Shown here in pieces: positions 9,076-24,245 of a DNA stretch of 64,000 nucleotides. Source of the stretch: Eledone cirrhosa. Lineage: Eukaryota. Within the stretch, counting starts at the first letter, position 1, and the number at the start of each line of letters is the position of its first letter. The DNA lies in contig OZ024742.1 of the NCBI GenBank assembly GCA_964016885.1, forward strand, positions 168,454,001 through 168,518,000, in the 5' to 3' direction. Both the position numbers and the translations under genes were made by a program. Below the pieces are notes generated by a model that worked only from the letters and a program-made list of their open reading frames with translations, was not told the DNA's origin and searched no databases.

Positions 9076-11909
9076 AAAAAATCCATTAAAAAAATCCATT
9101 AAAAAAACTCAATCAAAAACCCATAAAAGAAACATTAAAACAGCATTTAAAAAATCCATTAAAAATCCATTAAAAAAATCCATTTAATAAAATCCATTAA
9201 AAAATCCATTAAAAATCCATTAAAAATCCATTAAAAATCCATTAAAAATCCATTAAAAATCCATTAAAAAATCCATTTAAAAAAATCCATTAAAAAAATC
9301 CATTAAAAAAATCCATTAAAAAAAGCCATTAAAAAAATCCATTTAAAAAAAGCCATTAAAAAAATCCATTAAAAAAAAATCCATTAAAAATCCATTAAAA
9401 AAATCCATTAAAAAAAATCCATTAAAAACCCATTAAAAATCCATTAAAAAATCCATTAAAAAACCCATTAAAAAAAATCCATTAGAAATATCCATTTAAA
9501 AAATCCATTAAAAAAAAATCCATTTAAAAAACCCATTAAAAAAAATCCATTTAAAAAATCCATTTAAAAAATCCATTTAAAAAATCCATTAAAAAAATCC
9601 ATTTAAAAAATCCATAAAAAAAAACCATTAAAAAAAATCCATTAAAAAAAAATCCATTAAAAAAAATCCATTAAAAAAAATCCATTAAAAATCCATTAAA
9701 AAAAATCCATTTAAAAAAATCCATTTAAAAAACCCATTACAAAAAATACATTAAAAAAAATCCATAAAAAAAAAAGCCATTAAAAAAAATCCATTAAAAA
9801 AAATCTATTAAAAATCCATTAAAAATCCATTAAAAATCCATTAAAAATCCATTAAAAATCCATTAAAAATCCATTAAAAAGCCATTAAAAATCCATTAAA
9901 ATCCATTAAAAATCCATTAAAAATCCATTAAAAATCCATTAAAAAATCCATTTAAAAAAATCCATTAAAAAATCCATTAAAAAATCCATTTAAAAATCCA
10001 TTAAAAAAATCCATTAAAAAAAAATCCATTAAAAAAAAAATCCATTAAAAAAAATCAATTTAAAAAAATCCATTAAAAATCCATTAAAAAAATCCATTTA
10101 AAAAAATCCATTAAAAACCCATTAAAAACCCATTAAAAATCCATTAAAAATCCATTTAAAAAACCCATTAAAAAAAATCCATTAAAAAAAATCCATTTAA
10201 AAAATCCATTTAAAAAAATCCATTAAAAAACCCATTAAAAAAATCCATTAAAAAAATCCATTTAAAAAATCCATTAAAAAAAATTCATTAAAAAAAAATC
10301 CATAAAAAAATCCATTAAAAAAATCCATTTAAAAAAATCCATTAAAAAAAATCCATTAAAAATCCATTAAAAAAATCCATTAAAAAAATCCATTAAAAAA
10401 TCCATTAAAAAAAATCCATTAAAAAAAAATCCATTAAAAAAAATCCATTAAAAAAAATCCATTAAAAATCCATTAAAAAAAATCCATTTAAAAAAAATTC
10501 ATTAAAAAATCCATTAAAAATCCATTAAAAATCCATTTTAAAAAATCCATTTAAAAAATCCATTTAAAAAACCCATTACAAAAAATACATTAAAAAAAAT
10601 CCATAAAAAAAAAAGCCATTAAAAAAAATCCATTAAAAAAAATCTATTAAAAATCCATTAAAAATCCATTAAAAATCCATTAAAAATCCATTAAAAATCC
10701 ATTAAAAATCCATTAAAAAGCCATTAAAAATCCATTAAAATCCATTAAAAATCCATTAAAAATCCATTAAAAATCCATTAAAAATCCATTTAAAAATCCA
10801 TTTAAAAAAATCCATTAAAAAATCCATTAAAAAATCCATTTAAAAAATCCATTAAAAAAATCCATTAAAAAAAAATCCATTAAAAAAAAAATCCATTAAA
10901 AAAAATCAATTTAAAAAAATCCATTAAAAATCCATTAAAAAAATCCATTTAAAAAAATCCATTAAAAACCCATTAAAAACCCATTAAAAATCCATTAAAA
11001 ATCCATTAAAAAAACCCATTAAAAAAAATCCATTAAAAAAAATCCATTTAAAAAATCCATTAAAAAAAATCCATTAAAAAAACCCATTAAAAAAATCCAT
11101 TAAAAAAATCCATTTAAAAAATCCATTAAAAAAAATTCATTAAAAAAAAATCCATAAAAAAATCCATTAAAAAAATCCATTTAAAAAAATCCATTAAAAA
11201 AAATCCATTAAAAATCCATTAAAAAAATCCATTAAAAAAAATCCATTAAAAAATCCATTAAAAAACCCATTAAAAATCCATTAAAAATCCATTAAAAATC
11301 CATAAAAAATCCATTTAAAAAACCCATTAAAAAAATCCATTTAAAAAACCCATTAAAAAAAGCCATTAAAAAATCCATTTAAAAAATCCATTAAAAAAAA
11401 TCCATTTAAAACAACCCATTAAAAAAAATCCATTAAAAAAAACCCATTAAAAAAAATCCATTAAAAAAATCCATTTAAAAAATCCATTAAAAAAAATCCA
11501 TTAAAAAAAATCCATAAAAAAATCCATTAAAAAAATCCATTAAAAATCCATTAAAAAAAATCCATTTAAAAAAGCCATTAAAAAATCCATTAAAAATCCA
11601 TTAAAAATCCATTTAAAAAACCCATTAAAAAATCCATTAAAAAAATCCATTTAAAAAATCCATTAAAAAAAATCCATTTAAAAAAACCCATTAAAAAAAT
11701 CCATTAAAAAAATCCAATTAAAAAATCCATTAAAAAAAATCCATTAAAAAAATCCATAAAAAAAATCCATTAAAAAAAATCCATTAAAAAAAAATCCGTT
11801 AAAAAAAATCCATTAAAAACTCAATCAAAAACCCAATTAAAAGGCCATAAAAGAAACATTAAAACAGCATTTAAAATACCATTAAAAACGCCATAAAAAA
11901 TCATTAAAA

Positions 11910-11966
11910 TTGTTTTTTATGAAATTTATAATATGGCTTTTAATGAATTTTTTAATGGGCTTTTAG
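11910..11966 (-). repeat. Inverted island, type B
   Basis: GAAT variant. Confidence 0.92.
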
Positions 11967-13415
11967 AATCATTAAAATCCCATTAAAAATACATTAAAGG
12001 CCCATTAAAAACGCCATAAAAAATCCATTAAAAAAATCCATTAAAAAAAAACTCAATCAAAAACACATAAAAGAAACATTAAAACAGCATTTAAAAAATC
12101 CATTAAAAATCCATTAAAAAAAAATCCATTAAAAAAATCCATTAAAAATCCATTAAAAAAATCCATTTAAAAAAATCCATTAAAAAATCCATTAAAAACC
12201 CATTAAAAATCCATTAAAAATCCATTAAAAATCCATTAAAAAATCCATTTAAAAAACCCATTAAAAAAATCCATTAAAAAATCCATTTAAAAATCCATTA
12301 AAAAAAATCCATTTAAAAAAACCCATTAAAAAAAATCCATTAAAAAAATCCATTTAAAAAATCCATAAAAAAAAATCCATAAAAAAAATCCATTAAAAAA
12401 AATCCATTAAAAAAAAAATCCGTTAAAAAAAATCCATTAAAAATCCATTAAAAATCCATTAAAAATCCATTAAAAATCCATTAAAAATCCATTAAAAATC
12501 CATTAAAAATCCATTTAAAAAAATCCATTAAAAAAATCCATTAAAAAAATCCATTTAAAAAATCCATTAAAAAAAATCCATTAAAAAAAAATCCATTAAA
12601 AAAAATCCATTAAAAAAAATCAATTTAAAAAAATCCATTAAAAATCCATTAAAAAAATCCATTTAAAAAAATCCATTAAAAACCCATTAAAAATCCATTA
12701 AAAATCTATTAAAAAATCCATTTAAAAAAACCATTAAAAAAAATCCAATAAAAAAATCCATTTAAAAAATCCATTAAAAAAAAATCCATTAAAAAAATCC
12801 ATTTAAAAAATCCATTAAAAAAAATCCATTAAAAAAAACTCAATCAAAAACCCATAAAAGAAACATTAAAACAGCATTTAAAAAATCCATTAAAAATCCA
12901 TTAAAAGAATCCATTTAAAAAATCCATTAAAAAATCCATTAAAAATCCATTAAAAATCCATTAAAAAATCCATTTAAAAAAATCCATTAAAAAAATCCTT
13001 TAAAGAATCCATTTAAAAATCCATTTAAAAAATCCATTAAAAAAAATCCATTAAAAAAAACCATTAAAAAATCCATTAAAAAAAATCCCATTAAAAATAC
13101 ATTAAAAATCCATTAAAAATCCATTAAAAAATCCATTAAAAATCCATTAAAAATCCATTAAAAATCCATTAAAAAATCCATTAAAAAAAATCCATTAAAA
13201 AAATCCATTAAAAAATCCATTTAAAAAATCCATTTAAAAAAATCCATTAAAAAAAATCCATTAAAAAAAATCCATTAAAAAAAATCCATTAAAAAAAAAA
13301 TCCGTTAAAAAAAATCCATTAAAAACTCAATCAAACACCCAATTAAAAGGCCATAAAAGAAACATTAAAACAGCATTTAAAATACCATTAAAAACGCCAT
13401 AAAAAATCATTAAAA

Positions 13416-13472
13416 TTGTTTTTTATGAAATTTATAATATGGCTTTTAATGAACTTTTTAATGGGCTTTTAG
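13416..13472 (-). repeat. Inverted island, type C
   Basis: 1506 bp after type B. Confidence 0.92.
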
Positions 13473-15331
13473 AATCATTAAAATCCCATTAAAAATACAT
13501 TAAAGGCCCATTAAAAACGCCATAAAAAATCCATTAAAAAATATCCATTAAAAAAAAATTCAATCAAAAACCCATAAAAGAAACATTAAAACAGCATTTA
13601 AAAAACCCATTAAAAATTCATTAAAAAAATCCATTTAAAAAATCCATTAAAAATCCATTAAAAATCCATTAAAAATACATTAAAAATCCATTAAAAATCC
13701 ATTAAAAATAATCCATTAAAAAAAAATTCAATCAAAAACCCATAAAAGAAACATTAAAACAGCATTTAAAAAATCCATTAAAAAAATCCATTTAAAAAAA
13801 TCCATTAAAAAAGCCATTAAAAATCCATTAAAAATCCATTAAAAAAATCCATTAAAAAAAAATCCATTAAAAAAAATCCATTAAAAATCCATTAAAAAAA
13901 TCCATTTAAAAAAATCCATTAAAAATCCATTAAAAACCCATTAAAAATCCATTAAAAATCCATTAAAAATCCATTAAAAAATCCATTTAAAAAACCCATT
14001 AAAAAAATCCATTAAAAAATCCATTTAAAAATCCAGTAAAAAAAATCCATTTAAAAAAACCCATTAAAAAAAATCCATTAAAAAAATCCATTTAAAAAAT
14101 CCATAAAAAAAAATCCATAAAAAAAATCCATTAAAAAAAATCCATTAAAAAAAAAATCCGTTAAAAAAAATCCATTAAAAATCCATTAAAAATCCATTAA
14201 AAATCCATTAAAAATCCATTAAAAATCCATTTAAAAAAATCCATTAAAAAAATCCATTAAAAAAATCCATTTAAAAAATCCATTAAAAAAAATCCATTAA
14301 AAAAAAATCCATTAAAAAAAATCCATTAAAAAAAATCAATTTAAAAAAATCCATTAAAAATCCATTAAAAAAATCCATTTAAAAAAATCCATTAAAAACC
14401 CATTAAAAATCCATTAAAAATCCATTAAAAAATCCATTTAAAAAAACCATTAAAAAAAATCCATTAAAAAAATCCATTTAAAAAATCCATTAAAAAAAAA
14501 TCCATTAAAAAAAACCCATTAAAAAAAATCCATTAAAAAAATCCATTTAAAAAATCCATTAAAAAAAATCCATTAAAAAAAACTCAATCAAAAACCCATA
14601 AAAGAAACATTAAAACAGCATTTAAAAAATCCATTAAAAATCCATTAAAAAAATCCATTTAAAAAATCCATTAAAAAATCCATTAAAAATCCATTAAAAA
14701 TCCATTAAAAAATCCATTTAAAAAAATCCATTGAAAAAATCCATTTAAAAAATCCATTAAAAAATCCATTTAAAAAATCCATTAAAAAAAATCCATTAAA
14801 AAAAACCATTAAAAAATCCATTAAAAAAAATCCCATTAAAAATACATTAAAGGCCCATTAAAAACGCCATAAAAAATCCATTAAAAAAATCCATTAAAAA
14901 AAAACTCAATCAAAAACCCATAAAAGAAACATTAAAACAGCATTTAAAAAATCCATTAAAAAAATCCATTTAAAAAAATCCATTAAAAAATCCATTAATA
15001 ATCCATTAAAAATCCATTAAAAATCCATTAAAAATCCATTAAAAAATCCATTAAAAATCCATTAAAAATCCATTAAAAATCCATTAAAAAATCCATTTAA
15101 AAAAATCCATTAAAAAAATCCATTAAAAAATCCATTTAAAAAATCCATTTAAAAAAATCCATTAAAAAAAATCCATTAAAAAAAAATCCATTAAAAAAAA
15201 TCCATTAAAAAAAAAATCCGTTAAAAAAAATCCATTAAAAACTCAATCAAACACCCAATTAAAAGGCCATAAAAGAAACATTAAAACAGCATTTAAAATA
15301 CCATTAAAAACGCCATAAAAAATCATTAAAA

Positions 15332-15388
15332 TTGTTTTTTATGAAATTTATAATATGGCTTTTAATGAACTTTTTAATGGGCTTTTAG
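15332..15388 (-). repeat. Inverted island, type C'
   Basis: 1916 bp after type C. Confidence 0.92.
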
Positions 15389-16068
15389 AATCATTAAAAT
15401 CCCATTAAAAATACATTAAAGGCCATAAAAAATCCATTAAAAAAAATCCATTAAAAAAAAATTCAATCAAAAACCCATAAAAGAAACATTAAAACAGCAT
15501 TTAAAAAACCCATTAAAAATTCATTAAAAAAATCCATTTAAAAAATCCATTAAAAATCCATTAAAAATCCATTAAAAATCCATTAAAAATCCATTAAAAA
15601 TAATCCATTAAAAAAAAATTCAATCAAAAACCCATAAAAGAAACATTAAAACAGCATTTAAAAAATCCATTAAAAAAAATCCATTTAAAAAAATCCATTA
15701 AAAAAGCCATTAAAAATCCATTAAAAATCCATTAAAAAAAAATCCATTAAAAAAATCCATTAAAAATCCATTAAAAAAATCCATTTAAAAAAATCCATTA
15801 AAAAATCCATTAAAAATCCATTAAAAATCCATTAAAAAATCCATTTAAAAAACCCATTAAAAAAATCCATTTAAAAAATCCATTTAAAAAATCCATTAAA
15901 AAAAATCCATTTAAAAAAACCCATTAAAAAAAATCCATTAAGAAAATCCATTTAAAAAATCCATTAAAAAAAATCCATTAAAAAAAATCCATTAAAAAAA
16001 ATCCATTAAAAAAAAATCCGTTAAAAAAAATCCATTAAAAAAAAATCCGTTAAAAAAATCCATTAAAA

Positions 16069-16146
16069 GCTCAATCCCATTAAAAACGCCATAAAAATCA
16101 TTAAAATCCAATTAAAGATACATTAAAGGCCCATTAAAAACGCCAT
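16069..16146 (+). repeat. Empty-site cassette E
   Basis: Matches 970-1047. Confidence 0.9.
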
Positions 16147-18276
16147 AAAAAATCCATTAAAAAAATCCATTAAAAAAACTCAATCAAAAACCCATAAAAG
16201 AAACATTAAAACAGCATTTAAAAAATCCATTAAAAATCCATTAAAAAAATCCATTTAATAAAATCCATTAAAAAATCCATTAAAAATCCATTAAAAATCC
16301 ATTAAAAATCCATTAAAAATCCATTAAAAATCCATTAAAAAACCCATTTAAAAAAATCCATTAAAAAAATCCATTAAAAAAATCCATTAAAAAAAGCCAT
16401 TAAAAAAATCCATTTAAAAAAAGCCATTAAAAAAATCCATTAAAAAAAAATCCATTAAAAATCCATTAAAAAAATCCATTTAAAAAAATCCATTAAAAAC
16501 CCATTAAAAATCCATTAAAAAATCCATTAAAAAACCCATTAAAAAAAATCCATTAGAAAAATCCATTTAAAAAATCCATTAAAAAAAAATCCATTTAAAA
16601 AACCCATTAAAAAAAATCCATTAAAAAAATCCATTTAAAAAATCCATTAAAAAAATCCATTAAAAAAATCCATTTAAAAAATCCATAAAAAAAACCCATT
16701 AAAAAAAATCCATTAAAAAAAAATCCATTAAAAAAAATCCATTAAAAAAAATCCATTAAAAATCCATTAAAAAAAATCCATTTAAAAAAAATTCATTAAA
16801 AAATCCATTAAAAATCCATTAAAAATCCATTTAAAAAAATCCATTTAAAAAATCCATTTAAAAAACCCATTACAAAAAATACATTAAAAAAAATCCATAA
16901 AAAAAAAAGCCATTAAAAAAAATCCATTAAAAAAAATCTATTAAAAATCCATTAAAAATCCATTAAAAATCCATTAAAAATCCATTAAAAATCCATTAAA
17001 AATCCATTAAAAAGCCATTAAAAATCCATTAAAATCCATTAAAAATCCATTAAAAATCCATTAAAAATCCATTAAAAATCCATTAAAAAATCCATTTAAA
17101 AAAATCCATTAAAAAATCCATTAAAAAATCCATTTAAAAAATCCATTAAAAAAATCCATTAAAAAAAAATCCATTAAAAAAAAAATCCATTAAAAAAAAT
17201 CAATTTAAAAAAATCCATTAAAAATACATTAAAAAAATCCATTTAAAAAAATCCATTAAAAACCCATTAAAAACCCATTAAAAATCCATTAAAAATCCAT
17301 TTAAAAAACCCATTAAAAAAAGCCATTAAAAAATCCATTTAAAAAATCCATTAAAAAAAATCCATTTAAAACAACCCATTAAAAAAAATCCATTAAAAAA
17401 ACCCATTAAAAAAAACCATTAAAAAAATCCATTTAAAAAATCCATTAAAAAAAATCCATTAAAAAAAATCCATAAAAAAATCCATTAAAAAAATCCATTA
17501 AAAATCCATTAAAAAAAATCCATTTAAAAAAGCCATTAAAAAATCCATTAAAAATCCATTAAAAATCCATTAAAAAATCCATTTAAAAAAACCATTAAAA
17601 AAAATCCATTAAAAAAATCCATTTAAAAAATCCATTAAAAAAAAATCCATTAAAAAAATCCATTTAAAAAATCCATTAAAAAAAATCCATTAAAAAAAAC
17701 TCAATCAAAAACCCATAAAAGAAACATTAAAACAGCATTTAAAAAATCCATTAAAAATCCATTAAAAGAATCCATTTAAAAAATCCATTAAAAAATCCAT
17801 TAAAAATCCATTAAAAATCCATTAAAAAATCCATTTAAAAAAATCCATTAAAAAAATCCTTTAAAAAATCCATTAAAAAATCCATTTAAAAAATCCATTA
17901 AAAAAAATCCATTAAAAAAAACCATTAAAAAATCCATTAAAAAAAATCCCATTAAAAATACATTAAAAATCCATTAAAAATCCATTAAAAAATCCATTAA
18001 AAATCCATTAAAAATCCATTAAAAATCCATTAAAAAATCCATTGAAAAAAATCCATTAAAAAAATCCATTAAAAAATCCATTTAAAAAATCCATTTAAAA
18101 AAATCCATTAAAAAAAATCCATTAAAAAAAATCCATTAAAAAAAATCCATTAAAAAAAAAATCCGTTAAAAAAAATCCATTAAAAACTCAATCAAACACC
18201 CAATTAAAAGGCCATAAAAGAAACATTAAAACAGCATTTAAAATACCATTAAAAACGCCATAAAAAATCATTAAAA

Positions 18277-18333
18277 TTGTTTTTTATGAAATTTATAATA
18301 TGGCTTTTAATGAACTTTTTAATGGGCTTTTAG
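18277..18333 (-). repeat. Inverted island, type C
   Basis: Same 57-mer. Confidence 0.92.
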
Positions 18334-18852
18334 AATCATTAAAATCCCATTAAAAATACATTAAAGGCCCATTAAAAACGCCATAAAAAATCCATTAAAA
18401 AAAATCCATTAAAAAAAAATTCAATCAAAAACCCATAAAAGAAACATTAAAACAGCATTTAAAAAACCCATTAAAAATTCATTAAAAAAATCCATTTAAA
18501 AAATCCATTAAAAATCCATTAAAAATCCATTAAAAATCCATTAAAAAAATCCATTAAAAAAAATCCATTAAAAAATCCATTAAAAATCCATTAAAAATCC
18601 ATTAAAAAATCCATTTAAAAAACCCATTAAAAAAATCCATTTAAAAAATCCATTTAAAAAATCCATTAAAAAAAATCCATTTAAAAAAACCCATTAAAAA
18701 AAATCCATTAAGAAAATCCATTTAAAAAATCCATTAAAAAAAATCCATTAAAAAAAATCCATAAAAAAAAATCCATTAAAAAAAATCCATTAAAAAAAAA
18801 TCCGTTAAAAAAAATCCATTAAAAAAAAATCCGTTCAAAAAATCCATTAAAA

Positions 18853-18930
18853 GCTCAATCCCATTAAAAACGCCATAAAAATCATTAAAATCCAATTAAA
18901 GATACATTAAAGGCCCATTAAAAACGCCAT
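18853..18930 (+). repeat. Empty-site cassette E
   Basis: Matches 970-1047. Confidence 0.9.
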
Positions 18931-20985
18931 AAAAAATCCATTAAAAAAATCCATTAAAAAAACTCAATCAAAAACCCATAAAAGAAACATTAAAACAGCA
19001 TTTAAAAAATCCATTAAAAATCCATTAAAAAAATCCATTTAATAAAATCCATTAAAAAATCCATTAAAAATCCATTAAAAATCCATTAAAAATCCATTAA
19101 AAATCCATTAAAAATCCATTAAAAAATCCATTTAAAAAAATCCATTAAAAAAATCCATTAAAAAAATCCATTAAAAAAAGCCATTAAAAAAATCCATTTA
19201 AAAAAAGCCATTAAAAAAATCCATTAAAAAAAAATCCATTAAAAATCCATTAAAAAAATCCATTTAAAAAAATCCATTAAAAACCCATTAAAAATCCATT
19301 AAAAAATCCATTAAAAAACCCATTAAAAAAAATCCATTAGAAATATCCATTTAAAAAATCCATTAAAAAAAAATCCATTTAAAAAACCCATTAAAAAAAA
19401 TCCATTTAAAAAATCCATTTAAAAAATCCATTTAAAAAATCCATTAAAAAAATCCATTTAAAAAATCCATAAAAAAAACCATTAAAAAAAATCCATTAAA
19501 AAAAAATCCATTAAAAAAAATCCATTAAAAAAAATCCATTAAAAATCCATTAAAAAAAATCCATTTAAAAAAAATTCATTAAAAAATCCATTAAAAATCC
19601 ATTAAAAATCCATTTAAAAAAATCCATTTAAAAAATCCATTTAAAAAACCCATTACAAAAAATACATTAAAAAAAATCCATAAAAAAAAAAGCCATTAAA
19701 AAAAATCCATTAAAAAAAATCTATTAAAAATCCATTAAAAATCCATTAAAAATCCATTAAAAATCCATTAAAAATCCATTAAAAATCCATTAAAAAGCCA
19801 TTAAAAATCCATTAAAATCCATTAAAAATCCATTAAAAATCCATTAAAAATCCATTAAAAATCCATTAAAAAATCCATTTAAAAAAATCCATTAAAAAAT
19901 CCATTAAAAAATCCATTTAAAAAATCCATTAAAAAAATCCATTAAAAAAAAATCCATTAAAAAAAAAATCCATTAAAAAAAATCAATTTAAAAAATCCAT
20001 TAAAAATCCATTAAAAAAATCCATTTAAAAAAATCCATTAAAAACCCATTAAAAACCCATTAAAAATCCATTAAAAATCCATTTCAAAAACCCATTAAAA
20101 AAAATCCATTAAAAAAAATCCATTTAAAAAATCCATTAAAAAAAATCCATTAAAAAAACCCATTAAAAAAATCCATTAAAAAAATCCATTTAAAAAATCC
20201 ATTAAAAAAAATTCATTAAAAAAAAATCCATAAAAAAATCCATTAAAAAAATCCATTTAAAAAAATCCATTAAAAAAAATCCATTAAAAATTCATTAAAA
20301 AAATCGATTAAAAAAAATCCATTAAAAAATCCATTAAAAAAACCATTAAAAATCCATTAAAAATCCATTAAAAATCCATTAAAAATCCATTTAAAAAACC
20401 CATTAAAAAAATCCATTTAAAAAACCCATTAAAAAAAGCCATTAAAAAATCCATTTAAAAAATCCATTAAAAAAAATCCATTTAAAACAACCCATTAAAA
20501 AAAATCCATTAAAAAAAACCCATTAAAAAAAATCCATTAAAAAAATCCATTTAAAAAATCCATTAAAAAAAATACATTAAAAAAAATCCATAAAAAAATC
20601 CTTTAAAAAAATCCATTAAAAATCCATTAAAAAAAATCCATTTAAAAAAGCCATTAAAAAATCCATTAAAAATCCATTAAAAATCCATTTAAAAAACCCA
20701 TTAAAAAATCCATTAAAAAAATCCATTTAAAAAATCCATTAAAAAAAATCCATTTAAAAAAACCCATTAAAAAAATCCATTAAAAAAATCCATTTAAAAA
20801 ATCCATTAAAAAAAATCCATTAAAAAAATCCATAAAAAAAATCCATTAAAAAAAATCCATTAAAAAAAAATCCGTTAAAAAAAATCCATTAAAAACTCAA
20901 TCAAAAACCCAATTAAAAGGCCATAAAAGAAACATTAAAACAGCATTTAAAATACCATTAAAAACGCCATAAAAAATCATTAAAA

Positions 20986-21042
20986 TTGTTTTTTATGAAA
21001 TTTATAATATGGCTTTTAATGAATTTTTTAATGGGCTTTTAG
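20986..21042 (-). repeat. Inverted island, type B
   Basis: GAAT variant. Confidence 0.92.
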
Positions 21043-22492
21043 AATCATTAAAATCCCATTAAAAATACATTAAAGGCCCATTAAAAACGCCATAAAAAAT
21101 CCATTAAAAAAATCCATTAAAAAAAAACTCAATCAAAAACACATAAAAGAAACATTAAAACAGCATTTAAAAAATCCATTAAAAATCCATTAAAAAAAAA
21201 TCCATTAAAAAAATCCATTAAAAATCCATTAAAAAAATCCATTTAAAAAAATCCATTAAAAAATCCATTAAAAACCCATTAAAAATCCATTAAAAATCCA
21301 TTAAAAATCCATTAAAAAATCCATTTAAAAAACCCATTAAAAAAATCCATTAAAAAATCCATTTAAAAATCCATTAAAAAAAATCCATTTAAAAAAACCC
21401 ATTAAAAAAAATCCATTAAAAAAATCCATTTAAAAAATCCATAAAAAAAAATCCATAAAAAAAATCCATTAAAAAAAATCCATTAAAAAAAAAATCCGTT
21501 AAAAAAAATCCATTAAAAATCCATTAAAAATCCATTAAAAATCCATTAAAAATCCATTAAAAATCCATTTAAAAAAATCCATTAAAAAAATCCATTAAAA
21601 AAATCCATTTAAAAAATCCATTAAAAAATCCATTAAAAAAAATCCATTAAAAAAAAATCCATTAAAAAAAATCCATTAAAAAAAATCAATTTAAAAAAAT
21701 CCATTAAAAATCCATTAAAAAAATCCATTTAAAAAAATCCATTAAAAACCCATTAAAAATCCATTAAAAATCCATTAAAAAATCCATTTAAAAAAACCAT
21801 TAAAAAAAATCCATTAAAAAAATCCATTTAAAAAATCCATTAAAAAAAAATCCATTAAAAAAATCCATTTAAAAAATCCATTAAAAAAAATCCATTAAAA
21901 AAAACTCAATCAAAAACCCATAAAAGAAACATTAAAACAGCATTTAAAAAATCCATTAAAAATCCATTAAAAGAATCCATTTAAAAAATCCATTAAAAAA
22001 TCCATTAAAAATCCATTAAAAATCCATTAAAAATCCATTAAAAAATCCATTTAAAAAAATCCATTAAAAAAATCCTTTAAAAAATCCATTAAAAAATCCA
22101 TTTAAAAAATCCATTAAAAAAAATCCATTAAAAAAAACCATTAAAAAATCCATTAAAAAAAATCCCATTAAAAATACATTAAAAATCCATTAAAAATCCA
22201 TTAAAAAATCCATTAAAAATCCATTAAAAATCCATTAAAAATCCATTAAAAAATCCATTAAAAAAAATCCATTAAAAAAATCCATTAAAAAATCCATTTA
22301 AAAAATCCATTTAAAAAAATCCATTAAAAAAAAACCATTAAAAAAAATCCATTAAAAAAAATCCATTAAAAAAAAAATCCGTTAAAAAAAATCCATTAAA
22401 AACTCAATCAAACACCCAATTAAAAGGCCATAAAAGAAACATTAAAACAGCATTTAAAATACCATTAAAAACGCCATAAAAAATCATTAAAA

Positions 22493-22549
22493 TTGTTTTT
22501 TATGAAATTTATAATATGGCTTTTAATGAACTTTTTAATGGGCTTTTAG
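22493..22549 (-). repeat. Inverted island, type C
   Basis: 1507 bp after type B. Confidence 0.92.
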
Positions 22550-24245
22550 AATCATTAAAATCCCATTAAAAATACATTAAAGGCCCATTAAAAACGCCAT
22601 AAAAAATCCATTAAAAAAAATCCATTAAAAAAAAATTCAATCAAAAACCCATAAAAGAAACATTAAAACAGCATTTAAAAAACCCATTAAAAATTCATTA
22701 AAAAAATCCATTTAAAAAATCCATTAAAAATCCATTAAAAATCCATTAAAAATCCATTAAAAATCCATTAAAAATCCATTAAAAATCCATTAAAAATCCA
22801 TTAAAAATAATCCATTAAAAAAAAATTCAATCAAAAACCCATAAAAGAAACATTAAAACAACATTTAAAAAATCCATTAAAAAAATCCATTTAAAAAAAT
22901 CCATTAAAAAAGCCATTAAAAATCCATTAAAAATCCATTAAAAATCCATTAAAAAAATCCATTAAAAAAAAAATCCATTAAAAAAAATCCATTAAAAATC
23001 CATTAAAAAAATCCATTTAAAAAAATCCATTAAAAATCCATTAAAAACCCATTAAAAATCCATTAAAAATCCATTAAAAATCCATTAAAAAATCCATTTA
23101 AAAAACCCATTAAAAAAATCCATTAAAAAATCCATTTAAAAATCCAGTAAAAAAAATCCATTTAAAAAAACCCATTAAAAAAAATCCATTAAAAAAATCC
23201 ATTTAAAAAATCCATAAAAAAAAATCCATAAAAAAAATCCATTAAAAAAAATCCATAAAAAAAAAAATCCGTTAAAAAAAATCCATTAAAAATCCATTAA
23301 AAATCCATTAAAAATCCATTAAAAATCCATTAAAAAAAATCAATTTAAAAAAATCCATTAAAAATCCATTAAAAAAATCCATTTAAAAAAATCCATTAAA
23401 AACCCATTAAAAATCCATTAAAAATCCATTAAAAAATCCATTTAAAAAAACCATTAAAAAAAATCCATTAAAAAAATCCATTTAAAAAATCCATTAAAAA
23501 AAAATCCATTAAAAAAAACCCATTAAAAAAAATCCATTAAAAAAATCCATTTAAAAAATCCATTAAAAAAAATCCATTAAAAAAAACTCAATCAAAAACC
23601 CATAAAAGAAACATTAAAACAGCATTTAAAAAATCCATTAAAAATCCATTAAAAAAATCCATTTAAAAAATCCATTAAAAAATCCATTAAAAATCCATTA
23701 AAAATCCATTAAAAAATCCATTTAAAAAAATCCATTAAAAAAATCCATTTAAAAAATCCATTAAAAAATCCATTTAAAAAATCCATTAAAAAAAATCCAT
23801 TAAAAAAAACCATTAAAAAATCCATTAAAAAAAATCCCATTAAAAATACATTAAAGGCCCATTAAAAACGCCATAAAAAATCCGTTAAAAAAATCCATTA
23901 AAAAAAAACTCAATCAAAAACCCATAAAAGAAACATTAAAACAGCATTTAAAAAATCCATTAAAAAAATCCATTAAAAAAAATCCATTAAAAAATCCATT
24001 AAAAATCCATTAAAAATCCATTAAAAATCCATTAAAAATCCATTAAAAAATCCATTAAAAATCCATTAAAAATCCATTAAAAATCCATTAAAAAATCCAT
24101 TTAAAAAAATCCATTAAAAAAATCCATTAAAAAATCCATTTAAAAAATCCATTTAAAAAAATCCATTAAAAAAAATCCATTAAAAAAAAATCCATTAAAA
24201 AAAATCCATTAAAAAAAAAATCCGTTAAAAAAAATCCATTAAAAA

